Shown here: piece after piece, positions 1 through 12,905 of the stretch
Position numbering within the stretch: the first letter of the stretch is position 1
How the letters are laid out: every line of letters begins with the position of its first letter
Assembly (NCBI RefSeq): GCF_018977255.1
Contig: NW_024704743.1
Location: forward strand, 109,866,001 to 109,930,000
Origin: Callorhinchus milii
Lineage: Eukaryota
Length of the DNA: 64,000 bases
Reading direction: 5' to 3'
Program-made: the position numbers and the translations under genes
The notes under the pieces: model-generated
Told to the model about the DNA's origin: nothing
Seen by the model: only the letters and a program-made list of their open reading frames with translations
Databases searched by the model: none

Positions 1-2734
1 AACGGAATATCAGAGTCAAGCCAATCATCTGGGGTGGTCCTGGCAGTCCAGTTCCTGAGTTAGGCAAGTCCACAGGACTCCAGAACACTTCTGACAACAG
101 CCCAGCCAACCTGACTCAGCAGCAGGACATGGAGGGGCAGTCACTGGGAGCAGAGTTCTACCCACTCAAATCCTGTTAACCCTGAAAGCCAAAGCACTAT
201 TGGGTATGGTGTTCCCAGCTGGTCAAGTCTCATAGTTGTTTGTGGAACCTTGCTTTGTGCAAATTGACTGCTGTTCTTCCCCACAAATACACAGTCACTA
301 TACTTAACGGGAATTTGCTGCTTTGAGACTTAATGATGTTTCGGTGCTGTATCAAATACAATAATTATTTTTATTAATATCACATTTGAAAACTGAGGAT
401 TTGGAGCTTTGATAAAGACCTCGTTTCAGCAACTTAATTATGGATTTCCTCGTTCATCTTACCTTAGTTAAACACTTTATTAAAAATTCTCTCTCTTTCA
501 CGTTCCAACAAAACCTTCCTGTGACTCACAGAGCAAAAAATATCCCTACAATTATAAATAAAATCAAGTGGTACTTGCATTCCATCAAAGCTCCTTATTA
601 GGTTGAAATTGCTTAAAAAGAAGCTATGGCTCAATGCTCTCTGCATGCAGTTACTTTGAAGTAGAGTGACTGCTGTTATTTAGGTGACACAAAGCTTAAA
701 GTGATGGTGGGGGGGGGAACAAAAGGGGCAGCAATAATAATAATATCCCTTGCATTTGATATAGTGCCTTATCGCGTCTTCGGAGAGTGAATAGAGGAAA
801 TATTAATTTGTGGTATTCAGTCCAATGAGTCCATGCGGTGTACATACACGATAAGAGTCCTCACTTCTATTCCCTTCACTTACACCTTTCTATTCACTTC
901 TCCCTCCACTAAGCATCAAGTTTCTGCTTAAATACATTGATGCTATTCGTTTGAACCACAATTTCTGGCATTCAATCTGCTACTAGCTAGCTTGTGTTTA
1001 TGTCCTCGCATTCTGGACTCATCAACAAGTGGAAACAGCCTATCAACATCCTCCCTATCAAATAATTTCACAATGTTAAACACCTCTGTCAGGTCCCCTC
1101 TCAATCATCTCAACTCTAGAGAAAAAAGCTCCAAGCTGTCAAGTCTTTCTTGGTAACTGTGTTGAAGAAGGGGTCGGATTGTGGTAATTATCGGGATATT
1201 TAGTGCGGTTTCTCCAGCCTTTAAAGCCTTGCACAACATGGAATAATTGCAGAAATCATTACAGGCACCTGCAAGTCATTGCAGCTCGAAGGCAGTCATT
1301 AGGAAGGGGCCTTTTCAAACCCCACTTCCACTTTGTGCAACTCATTTACATGCAATGTGCCAATGCAGTCCACAGCTTCCTAAAGAAGGAACTTTACCCT
1401 AAAACCTAAACGTCTCTGCGAGAGATTTAACCATGTATTTCAATCCTTCGTGTGAAGCGCAACCTGGAGGTGCTACAGCTCTTTAATGATAACTTAGCAA
1501 ATTGTGTTTTGTAAAAAAAAGACCATAAAACGAGAAGATTAAAGAGCAGGTACGGTGGTGTAATTGGATTAAGGGGATTTAATAAATTTAAAATGTAAAT
1601 GTAAATTAGCTACAGGGAAAGATCATTACTGATTAATACACAGACATTTGCATACTCCTGTATTTGATTTGGTAATAGATGTATGACTTTTCTTTTGCTA
1701 AGTGAAACTGATGAAAATTCTGAATTGGTTTTGAGTTTACCGACCATAATATTAACATGAATGTGTTTCTCCTAATGCCCCAGTCAACAATCCTCCTCCT
1801 CCAACCAGATAAAAGTGGTTATTTACTTCATGGCTATTTGTGGAACATTGCTGTATGCAAATTGGCTGCTACGTTCACTATAATAGTCACTGGACTTTGC
1901 AGTGAATCCTCAGAGGTCCTTTGAGACTTTCCGTCGATTTGCACTTTGCTGGGCATTCGATGTCCATAATCCATCCCACTATCTACACCAGGATAGGTGT
2001 AAGACAGGTGACCTGAGCCCATGCAGATTCAGCGTAGCTTCCAAAATGCTTCAACATCCTGTTACTGCAGTAGTAGCACCGGTCCCAAAGTCTGCGTCGA
2101 CACGTTGGAAGTAAACTCATCATTATTAATGAGTTTACTTCAGTCACCTGAAGTGATGATTTTGAACAAAAGGAAACACCACCTGTTTTAGGCTCAGGAG
2201 CCTTTCAGGAGAAAACAACTAAGTGATCCATTTTACCGTCAAATCTTAGCCATCTGTTATGATCTGCGCACTGCTGAGACTGTGTAACGCTGGGGTCTGG
2301 TAACGGTGTATAGCGCCAATGTTCTGTGAAGACAGAAGAGCCATCCACTATCTAGCTTGTCAATTCCCTTCCTCATTTAAAACACCTCAATCAGATCTGT
2401 ATGAAACAATATGTTCTGGCAAGCTTTCCGATCTTCAACATCTGTGCTAAAGAAACAACATCCAGCAATGTTTGGGCCGTAAACATATAGAAACATAGGA
2501 ACATGCAAAATTAGAAAAATCCACCTGATCCTTTGTTTGCCGAAGAGATAACAGCAACTTGTGTTTATATAGGACCTTCACGAAAGATCATGTCTCAGCG
2601 CACTTCACAAGGATGGGATCGGATTCCAAGCAAGGGAGAAGAGGGAGGGGAGAGGAGAGTGTAGGTGCAGTCAAAAGGATATTTTTTCAAGACAGGGTTT
2701 AAAGACAGATAAAGAGTGAGTTTTTTTTGTTCAG

Positions 2735-3080
2735 CTAGGTGTCTGACACATGCAGAAACCCATTACCATGCTTAAGAGTATCCAAACCAAGCTGAGATTT
2801 CTATGCATCCCACCTAGACATGGAAATCCCAGAGATAGACTGTTGGAATGGAAGGTGCACTCTCTCCTTGGAAGGACACATCTTGCTTACCTAATTCCGG
2901 AAAGTATTAGGCACAGGTTGGCAAGAGTCAAGGCTTGGAGACCCCAGAGCATGCGTTGGGTACTGCTGGAGTCTAACCAGCTAACGCTGCATAGCTTGTC
3001 ATTGATATTGCTGTTCAGCAAGTTTTTCCACTGCTTGTCCAGCTAGGACCACCCTATCTGTTGCCCGCTCTGAAGCTAAC
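2735..3080 (+). repeat. Unclassified interspersed repeat (reference copy)
   Basis: Motifs gtctgacaca...ccatgcttaagagtatccaaacc...aaccagctaa...cttgtccagctaggacc recur many times in the window. Confidence 0.8.
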
Positions 3081-3846
3081 TCCATCTCCAAGGTGCAGAG
3101 GGAGGGATAGAGGGAGGGAGATGCAGAGGTTAGGGCTGCAATAGTAGCTGATGGCCCGGGGATGTGTTAGCCAAGTGGAGGAGCAGAGCACAAAAGTGGA
3201 AAATAGGAAAGGCAAAGAGACACTAAACCAAAATCCCTAAATTTGACAGCAAAATTATCCATGAAGCCCTTTTTGTGTTATTCATCGACACTACATTGAA
3301 TGGGAGGATTTATCATTATTCGCAGTTTGCGTGTAAAACAATAAAAGTGAAAGGATTGCATTTTGCTCTAACCTTTTATTCCCATGAATTCATTTAGTAG
3401 CCCATTATCTATCTACTTCCCTTCTGGAGATTTGTTTAAACAATGATCTGATTCAAGTTAATCCATCACAGGGTTTTAACAGTACTTTGCGTTTCACACA
3501 GTGCCTTATCAACTCAAAGCGCTCAGTTTAATTGAAGTCCAGTGATTGTTGTTATATGGGCAAACATAGAGTCAAACCAGCCAACATCCCACAAACAGAA
3601 TGAAAGGAATGACCAATTAATCTGTTTTTACAAAAAAATGTACTTTAGATGAGGGAGGAATATTGTCCAAGGAGCAGACCAAACTTTCTGTTGTTCTTTG
3701 AAGCAGTGCCATAGGATCATTTAACGTCAACAATAACCACCGGAATAGGCAGACATCAGTTTGGGCAAATGCCTCATTTGAAGGATAGCACTTCCAGTTC
3801 TTTTATGCAGCTAAGACATCCTCCCGACGTATTAACTGTCATTGTA

Positions 3847-3932
3847 ATTAAGTTCCAACTAAGGGTATGCATTAAGTTCCAACTAAGGTATGCATACATA
3901 GTTCCAACTAAGGGTATGCAACTAAGGGTATG
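3847..3932. repeat. Short tandem repeat, about 24-bp unit, about 3.5 copies
   Basis: attaagttccaactaagggtatgc repeated head to tail with small indels. Confidence 0.9.
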
Positions 3933-4084
3933 CAATCGGTAACTCACCTCATGGCTGTTTGTAGGACAATGCTATGTGCAAATTGGCTGCCACGTTTGTT
4001 TACAAATACACAATCATTAAAATTAACAGTAATAACTGTGAAGCGCTATGAGACCTTTTGAACTGATAATGTACAATACAATGC

Positions 4085-5320
4085 TGGGGGTATAGAGGCT
4101 GAAGGCCCGACCACCGATGGTGGGGCAGGCCGTCCGAGGGACATGAAGCAGGCCAGAGCTTGCTGAGCGGAGGGAGCAGACAAGTTGATAAGGGTTAGCA
4201 GATCAGAGAGGTAAGAGGGACCAAGGACGCGGAGGGCCTTGAAGGTGAGGACGAGAATTTTGAACTCGATCCTCTGAGGGATGGGGAGCCAGTGGACCAG
4301 GCGAGGGTAGGTGCGATGGGGTCACGGAACCTGGTGCGGGAGAGGACACGAGTTGCAAAGTTCTGGATGATCTGCAGCTTGTGGATGGAAGAGTTGGGAA
4401 GGCCGACAAGCAGGGCGCTAGCATAGTCGAGCCTGGTTATAATGAAGGCATGTATGAGGGTTTTGGCGGCCCAAGGGGTAAGGCAGTGATGGAGTCAGAC
4501 AATGTTGCGGCGGTGGGGGGGAGGCAGTGCGGGTCATGGCACAGATTTGGGAGAGAAAGGGTAGTTGAGGGTCGAACAAGACGCCTAGGTTTCTGACTGG
4601 CTTGGTGAGGCGGAGAGTGCATCCATGGATGCTGATGCCACCAGTGCCTGATGTGCGGAGGAGCTGGCCCGAGCCAATCAGGAGAGCCTCGGTCTTGCTG
4701 TTGTTCAACTGTAGAAAGTTGGCTCTCATTCAGAACTTGATGACTGGCAGGCAGTCATGTGGAAGTTGACCCCATGTCTGCAGATGATGTCACCAAGAGC
4801 ATGCATGTACAGGTTGAAGTGGAGAGGATTGAGGACAGAGCCCGGAGGAACACCGCCCGAGATGGTGCAGGGGCTGGAGGAGAAGCCATTTGTGGAGACA
4901 AAGTGGAGCCGGTGTGAGAGATAGGATCTGAACCATTCAAGGGCAGAACCTTGAAGGTTAAGGTGAGAGGCGGTGGAGGAGGATAGAGTGGTCCACAGTG
5001 TCACGCCAAGGTTTTTTTTTAAGGATAGGGGTGATGACAGCTGTTGTTTGGGGGTGGAAACTGTGCCAGTTGACAGGGAGAGGTTGACGAGATCAGAGAG
5101 TAAAGGGCCGAGGAGGTGGAGTTCGGAGGTAAGGAGAGAAGTAGGGATGGGGTGGAGGGAGTAGGTGGTGAGCTTTATGCGGGTTATAGTGGTGGTGAGA
5201 GAGGAGGGGGTGACAAGTTCAAAGGTGTGGAGGGAGGGATGGGTAGGGGATGGAGTGTGAGGGAGAGATGGGAAGGGGGTGGCAGTTAGGAGGGCGGAGG
5301 TGGCTGAAAGGATCCACTGA
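4085..5320 (-). mobile_element. Older decayed L2 fragment
   Basis: ORF pieces [19 protein letters not shown] and WFRSYLSHR...GVPPGSVL with frameshifts. Confidence 0.88.
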
Positions 5321-5329
5321 ATGTACTAT

Positions 5330-5545
5330 ATCATAGAATCATGCAGCACAGAAGGAGGCCAGTTGGCCCATCGTGTCTGTATCGGCTCTTTGAAAAAAGC
5401 TATCCAAATCAATCCCACTCCCCCACTCTCTCCCCATAGCCCTGCAAACTTATCTACTTCTCTCTAAAAAGTTGTTATTGAATCAACTTCAACTACCCTG
5501 TCAGGCAATGCATTCCAGATCCAAACAACTCGCTGCATGAAAAAA
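5330..5545 (-). mobile_element. CR1 3' end fragment
   Basis: Reverse complement resembles 63160-63372 (gatgggccaactggcctccttctgtgctg...ttctatgat). Confidence 0.8.
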
Positions 5546-6559
5546 TCAAATGCAAGGATTATTATTATTGCAGTATCTTAACCTGTCAAAATCTTCCTGA
5601 ATTGCTTGTCAACAGCCATTCGGTGGCTTTTTTTTGGTAGGCAAACATGTCAATCATTTTGCACACTTCCAAGGCCCCATAAACAGCAATTTGAATAACA
5701 AATCAGCGTTGAAGCTCCCATGGAGCTATTCAAAAAGAAAAGGAAATTTCTTCCGGAGTTGTGGTCACCAATTCCCAAATAAAACTGGTCACTCACTCAT
5801 TAGCTGCCTCATTCCCTTGCAAAATACACAGTCACACCGCCTTAGGATAAATCTTGAAACGCTTTGAGAATTTTTCACGACACGATCAGGCATTATGTCA
5901 AATGCAAGGAATATTTGTATTATAAATTAATCTGGGGAAATTGCTGTGTATAAGACTCAGACTGCGTAATGAATGACCAACTGAACAGGCAGGCTTTCAG
6001 TTGGATATCCCAATGGTGAAGAAAATTTTGGTTTGCACAGATCCCAGGTAAATTATTCACTCACTTCACAGCCAATTGTGGGAGTGCAAATTCAGGCAGA
6101 ATTTGTCTACAAACAAACAATCAGTCACTGGTATAGACTGCACTGGAGTTCAAGCTTCAACTCAAGTCTCGATATGAAGCTGCAACCCAAAACTTTCTGA
6201 CCAGCTGTCAGCCTCTGGATTGTGGTCGGGGACTTTGAGCTCACACTGTAGGCTGACGCTCCAATATGGTGCTGATGGTAATTTGCTTTCTGGAGATGCT
6301 GTCCTTCAGATGCAAAGTTGTTAACAGATGTTAAAGATGCCATGACACTATTCCAAAAGACGAGTTACACTCGGTGCCCTGGCCGGGAATCCTCCAGATA
6401 AATTTATCATTTGCTTTGTGTCTGAAATTTGCTTTAGTAAGCACTTACCTTACCTCTAAAATAGAAAACATCCGCCTAGCCTGTTTCCCCTACCTTCCCC
6501 CTCCCCACATTCTGTCTCCTTCACCCCCCGCTCAGTTCCTAACACAGCCCCCATCCTAC

Positions 6560-7980
6560 ATTCCTTTGCCCCCATTTCTCCTTCCTCCCTCTCATTCTCC
6601 AACATCCCGATGAAACCCACTGCTGCCTCGACCCCCTTCCCACCCAACTGCTGATCACCCAGCTCCCCTTCTCTGTCCACTGCTGGCAGACACCATTAAT
6701 AAGCCACTCTCCTCAGGATCAGTCTCACTCCCCCTCAAAACCACCGTCATCACCGCCCGCCTTAAAAGATCTACCCTCAATCCCTCCAACCTCGTGCACT
6801 AATGCCCTATCTCAAACAAGCCCTTCCTGGCCAAATCTTTGGAATGCGTTGTTGCCAACCAACTTCACGCACACTTCTCTCTCCACTCCCTACTCGAACC
6901 CCTCCAGTCCGGTTCCGCCCTGCCCACAGAGCGACAGTGCTTCCTCAGGAAGTTGGTTGTGACACTGAAAGTCACAAACGATGTCCTCTCTATCTGTGAC
7001 CATGACTCCCTCTCACCTCCCTCTGCACCTCTCCGCTGCGTTCAACACAGTCGATCACGCCATTGTCCTCCACCACCTCTTCTCTATCATTCACCTCAGT
7101 GGGACCGCAATCGCTTGGTTTAAGTCTTATCTTACTAATCGCCAGCAACAACAACAAAATTACATTTATAGAGCACCTTTCACGTCGGGAGAACGTCCCA
7201 AAGCGCTGAACAGTCGGGGCCCGAGCATGGGGGAGGGGAGGGGTGGTGTAGGGGTGAGGGAAGGCAGAGAGGTGGGAGGGAGACCAAAGGCATGATCGAA
7301 GAGAATGATCTTGAGACCGGCCTTGAAGGAGGCAAGGAAGGAAGCGAGGCGAAGGGACTGTGGAATGGAGTTCCAAAGTGTGGGGGCAGAAAGGCTGAAA
7401 GCCCGGCTACCGATGTTAGGGCGGGTCAGGTGGGAGATATGGAGCAGCCCACCAAACAGAGGGAGAGGAAAGGATGGTAGAGAGTCAGCAGGTCAGAGAG
7501 GTAGGAGGGGGCAAGGCCATGGATTGCCTTGAAGGTGAGGACGAGGATCTTGAATTCGATCCTCTGGGGGATGGGGAGCCAGTGGAATCAGGCGAGGGTT
7601 GGGGTGATGGGGTCGCGGAGCACTACATTTCTGCAAATGGGTTTTCTTCTCGTCCCTTGTCCAAGCCTGTGTTACCTTTCAGCTGCACTACTCAAACGTC
7701 CTCCTCATCAGTCTCCCCTCCTCCACTATTCACAAAATTCAACTCATCCAAAACTCCGTCGCCCACATTTTTACCCGCACTAAGCTCCACACCCCGATTA
7801 TCCCAAACTCCACTGGCTTCCTGTCAGAGATCAACAGATCAACTTCAAAATCCTCAATCTACGCCTTAGTACACCCGTATCTCTCCAACCTCCTCTCTCT
7901 TCACAACACTACCCACTGCCTCCACTCTACTGGCTCTGGCCCCCTCCTTGTTCCTTGAAAATTCTCTCTTTCCCACAGTG
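6560..7980 (+). mobile_element. Older L2 fragment interrupted by a younger L2
   Basis: LSAAFNTVDHAIVL...WFKSYLTNRQ breaks at about 7145 and resumes as HYISANGFSS at 7621. Confidence 0.82.
7146..7620 (-). mobile_element. L2 3' fragment nested in an older L2
   Basis: (CAA)n tail at 7146 with L2 3' end and ORF C-terminus on the minus strand. Confidence 0.88.
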
Positions 7981-10043
7981 ACTGAAGTGCAGTGAGTCAC
8001 TGTTTGAAACCAAAGGACCGGTGTCCACTATACAGATATCACTGCCGCCTTCAACCCCCTGCGGAGCATTGGTAGAATGTAGGGCATTTATCTCCTGCGC
8101 TAAGTACAGAATAATTGTCTCACGCAATCACCAAGCTAATGGAGCAGTTGTTAAATTTGGATTTAATCTACATGTTAATATACATTTGATTTAGTTGTCA
8201 TTCTGTTAAGACTGCCAAATGCAGTCCTTACACCACAAAGCTGACAGTGATGGATTATCAGTACAGAGCACTGATCCTGGCTCCCAAGCTTCAGTATCAG
8301 CCAGAGATGCCAGATCCCACATCGCACACAACTACTTTGCCTGTTGCTCTGATTCACTGTGTTTGATGGGTATTTCAGATACAGAACATCATTTTGGCTC
8401 AGTTTGTAGCAGCACTGACAGAAGTGTCGTCTTTCGGATGAGAGACATTAAACCAAGACCTCATCTACCCGTTTAGTTGGACATCAGGTGCACTATTCAA
8501 AAATTCTCTCCGTGTCCTGGCCAGTAATCCCCAAAACAATACAATAACAACAAAGTTACATTTGTATAGCGCCTTTCACGTCAGGAGGACGTCCCAAGGT
8601 GCTGGATATTGATCATTCACTTTGTGGTGGGTTGCTGTGCTTAAATTGTCTCCTGCCTTTGCCCACAAAATAGACATTAACTGCATTTTACAATAAAATC
8701 TTGAAATGCTTGGAACTTCCTCCCAACATGAATGCCGCTGTTATCAAATTCAGAGATCATTATCATGATCTCAATGTGGCTCGCAGCGTGTTGTTGATCA
8801 GCTGCTGTTGTGCCTGATCACATATAGTCGCCTCACCTCATCGCAACTTACTGTATGAAGTACTTTGAGATGATTACATGTGGCAAGATTCTGAAACTAT
8901 GTGATGTTCGGAGCCCTTTGCATGGGAGAGAGAGAAAAGTGGTGATAACTGGTTTGTGGCAGTAAAGTGTTCACAGGGCAACTGCTTTTTGATCCTTCAA
9001 AGTCTACCCTTCCTCTCATTGTGAAGCAGAATCCAACAAGGAATGGATTTGTTCACCAGCAAATAGACAACTGGAGCAGCAATCAGATTATCCCTTTTTA
9101 CCCTAGTGTCTGTCCCAATAGTGATCCTGTAGGAGGGGGGATTAGTAGACTAGTTGGGCCAAATGGCCTGTTTCAATGCTCTACCGTTCTACGTAATTTT
9201 ATGTAATGAGTGGAACAGAGTAGTCCGGGTAGCAGAGGAGTGAGGATAGACTGCATCAGTCAATTCAAAAGGAAATGAGACTAATGGCATAGAAATCAAC
9301 AGAAGGGTGTGACAAATTTACAAACAAACATCTGAAATGGCAAACTATAAGAGGATATGTGGAACAGGCAGGGGAGTGGGTCTAAGCAGATAGCTCTCAC
9401 AACGTACTAGCACAGGTATGATGGAATAAATGGCCTCGTCCTGTGCTGAAGAGGTCTATGATTTGATGCAGAAGCAGATTGGCTGCAATGGTCCTTTGAG
9501 GTCCGGTACATCCCTATTTAAGCGTGTCTACCCAGCGACCGATGTTTGGGACAGATGGGGAATGGAATCACAACAGATGGGAAAGGGTGGGAAAAATCGT
9601 AGATGTGCAAAAGAAACGAAAACAGGTGCATTCAGTGCCGCTAATCAGTCAATACTGAAAAAAGTCAACCCTGGTATTTTTATTATTATTAATGATAATA
9701 ATGCTTTCATTTGATATAGTGCCTTATCGTGTCACCAAAGCATCTAGCGCTTCATAGGATTTTACTGTAAAGTACACTACAATATAATCTGCATTTATAT
9801 AGCAGTTTCATTTTGGGAGGCCATCGCAAAGCGCTTGACAATGCTGGCAAAGTCACCCAAGCTAGACGTAGAATCCCATTTAAAATGTTATATGACGAAA
9901 AGCAAGGGGTTAATTATGATCATTTGCTAAGCAGTAAACAACACTCAAGCCTTGCACACACCTGGTTGAGGCTGGAGAGACTCATTGACACAAGAGCTGT
10001 CACCACAGTACACTTGTAAACTCATCCAAGAGAGATTAATGTG

Positions 10044-10057
10044 GCGCCCCCTAGTGG
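10044..10057 (-). promoter_or_regulatory. CTCF-binding motif
   Basis: Minus strand CCACTAGGGGGCGC, a near-ideal match to the CTCF core, in non-repeat sequence. Confidence 0.65.
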
Positions 10058-11029
10058 AGAAAGGCAGCAGTGCAGCACAAGGCAATACAGGCATGGCAAT
10101 ACTAGAGGACCAAGGCCTCAAATTCCACATGGTCTTAGTCTACGAGACCACTGTGTCTTGAAATTAAAGATCGCTCACAATTGTGAAAAATACATGAATT
10201 CAATCTTAATTTTTTTTTCACCAGCTGGTTGTCTGACACTTGTGGAAGAGGATGGAATCCAGACTGAGAGTTCCACATCTGTATGCCACCTACACATAGA
10301 AATTACATGTGTCTGGACTATAATGCACACTTTCTCCCTCTCATACTGGAGTTAGTATTTAAGAAATGTCCAGAACTTTTCACTAATGCAAAACGGTCTT
10401 GCAGGTTAGGAATTTGGTGGTACAGTAAACCTCACATAAGTCGTATCAATTGGGATTATCCATTTAATATGACTTATGCAAAGTAGGAATTATGCAAAAC
10501 TTATTAATAATAGGAAATTCAACAGGACTTGGGCAGATGTACAACTTTGTTTCCAACTACACAAGAAAACAACAAGAGGTAATAGGATAGAATGTATTGA
10601 AGGCACACAGCTGACAAATGCAAGACAAAATCAATAGCGTTCAAAAGATGTCTGGACCAATTAAAAGGTCGAGGCTATGATAAAACGAACAGGTTTCTGT
10701 GAGGAAACGCTCAAAAGGTTACACACCGGGGCCGGAACCATGTCCTCAAATAATAGTTGTACATTAACCAAATGATAACTATAGCAGCTAAAGCTAGTTA
10801 CATAGAGTGGTTTGTGGAAACCATGATCTGCAGTGACTTACACACATTAATGCACAATATCCATTTGAATCTCACACACACTTTGATGGTTCAATTGAGC
10901 AGGAACTATACGTGGAACCACACGGACCAGAATTTGTTGCAGGCATTGGGTCACACTTTCCTATGGTTTCTACATCTCTGGGAAATTTCCTTTAATGAGA
11001 CTTAAATGTAAGTGACTTTACACAATACA

Positions 11030-11447
11030 TGGGGATTTCTATTTATAGAGTGCCTTTCATGTCTGGAGGATTTCTCTAGCAATTTACAATGCTGGATGAG
11101 GCACCCGAGCTGGGGGTGGGTTCTGAGGGGGGCGATGAGGAGGGGAAAGATGAGTGAAAGAGCAACCTGAGAGGTACATTTTGAGATATGCCTTAAAAGA
11201 GGGGAGGGTTCATGATGGAGTACCAGAAAGCGTGAGCAGAAGAACTGAAAGCTTGCCCGCCGATGGTAACGCAAATAGAGCAGGACACATGAAGCAGGCC
11301 TGTGTTCGCTGAATGAAGGGAGAGACTGGGTCGATTGGGTTGAAAGGGATTGCAGATAGGGTGGGTGAGACCGTTAAGGGATATAAAAATGAGAATGAGG
11401 ATCTCAAAATCAATCGCTGGGGGGCAGGGAGCCAATGGAGTCTTCAA
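11030..11447 (-). mobile_element. Decayed L2 3' fragment
   Basis: IDFEILILIF...TIGGQAFS similarity and a degenerate tail. Confidence 0.75.
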
Positions 11448-12905
11448 TACCTCTTTTAAGAACTCTTGTTCAAACTTCTAAATGCCTCCACCTACTTGCG
11501 CCCACCCGACCTCTAATCTCCTGTGGTTTCACTCCCTTCACCATTGGTGGGTGAGTCTTCAAGCACTCTGGCCCACCATCTGAAACTCTCCCAAAGCCTC
11601 TGCTTCACCCTCTTCTCCACTTTCAAAACCTTTCTTAAAAATCTATGCCTCGTTGATTGTTGCTTCAGTCACCTCCCCACTTTATTCCCTACCCCCAACC
11701 TCCCCCCCCCCCCCATCTCCCACCATGCTCAGACTCTCCTTAGGTCTCTGTGAAGCGCTTTGAGATGTTCTATGGGAAAGGTGGTGCTTCTCCATGATAG
11801 TTATCTTGTCATCTTTGTCTTCTTCATTTTTGTATTCTTTGTCAAATTCATCTTTGTCAATATCTGAATGAAGTCTTCAGATAGTCTTCATCAGCATTGT
11901 CTCCTTCATCACCATCTTCTTCATTATCTTTATCATCACCACATTGTGCGATTCATCACGTAAGCAAGCACAGGACAGAGCAGAGGTGCGCACATTTCCC
12001 CCGGACAAGCAACAGTTAAACTCAGTGAGAAAGCTCCCAGAGGCAGAAGATGCTGGCAAAGGCGGGAAGCTGCGAACAGTTTTCGTTAGCGGAGTCCCTT
12101 TGGAGCGATCAGCTTTCAAGCCAAAGACTGGTGCATGGGAACACAAGAGCATTTGATGTCTTTTTATTTGCAGTGTTGTGAAACCCTAACACCAGGACAT
12201 GACCTTTACTTCAAACCTTTGGGTCAGAGATATCCTAAGATCAGCCCCATTGCACAGCAGCTTGCAAATCTGTATCTCGCAGTTCAATACAAAAAACAGG
12301 CTTTTTCTGTTTTTTTTTATTTATTGCAGGTCATTTATTTTAATCATTTATGCAAGTCTACAACCAAATAATAATTCTTGCAATTGACACAGTGCCTTTC
12401 ACACCGGGAGGATGTCTCAACAACAACTTGTATTTATATAACACCCTTCAAGTGGGGCAGCATCTCAAAGCGCTTCACAGCAATGTCCCACAAACAAATC
12501 CAGTCAATATACTCTACAGTGAAGTGAACTTTTGAGACACTTAAATGATGTGAGAATGCAAATGCAAGGATTATTACTATCAGATAACGCAAAGCAGTAG
12601 GACAAATGGGCAGAGATTCAGGATTGCAAAGAGCAATTGCTCTTTTAGAGGTATTTCTACACACAGAGTGTAACTGACAGGGGTCACCAGGTAGGCTGGC
12701 GGAGGCCAGGATGCTGGACTTGTTAAAAAAAAGTGGTGCTGTGACAAGATGACAGAATGGCAGGTGGTCTGGAAAAGGGGTCCCATTCCAGACATCAAGA
12801 AATTACATATGTAAGTGGCATGCACATGTGGAACTTTCAGCCTGGTTTGGATACTCTTAAGCATGGTGATGTTTAAGTCAGAACCAAAAATGAAATCAGC
12901 TGTTG

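Noticed and set aside
176..200. TTAA-CCCT as a piggyBac terminus of the unclassified repeat
   Set aside because: Similarity among copies (130-176, 16700-16745, 53965-54003) continues past the TTAA, and there is no matching inverted terminus.
3847..3932. CRISPR-like array
   Set aside because: Units are head to tail without unique spacers, and the context is eukaryotic.
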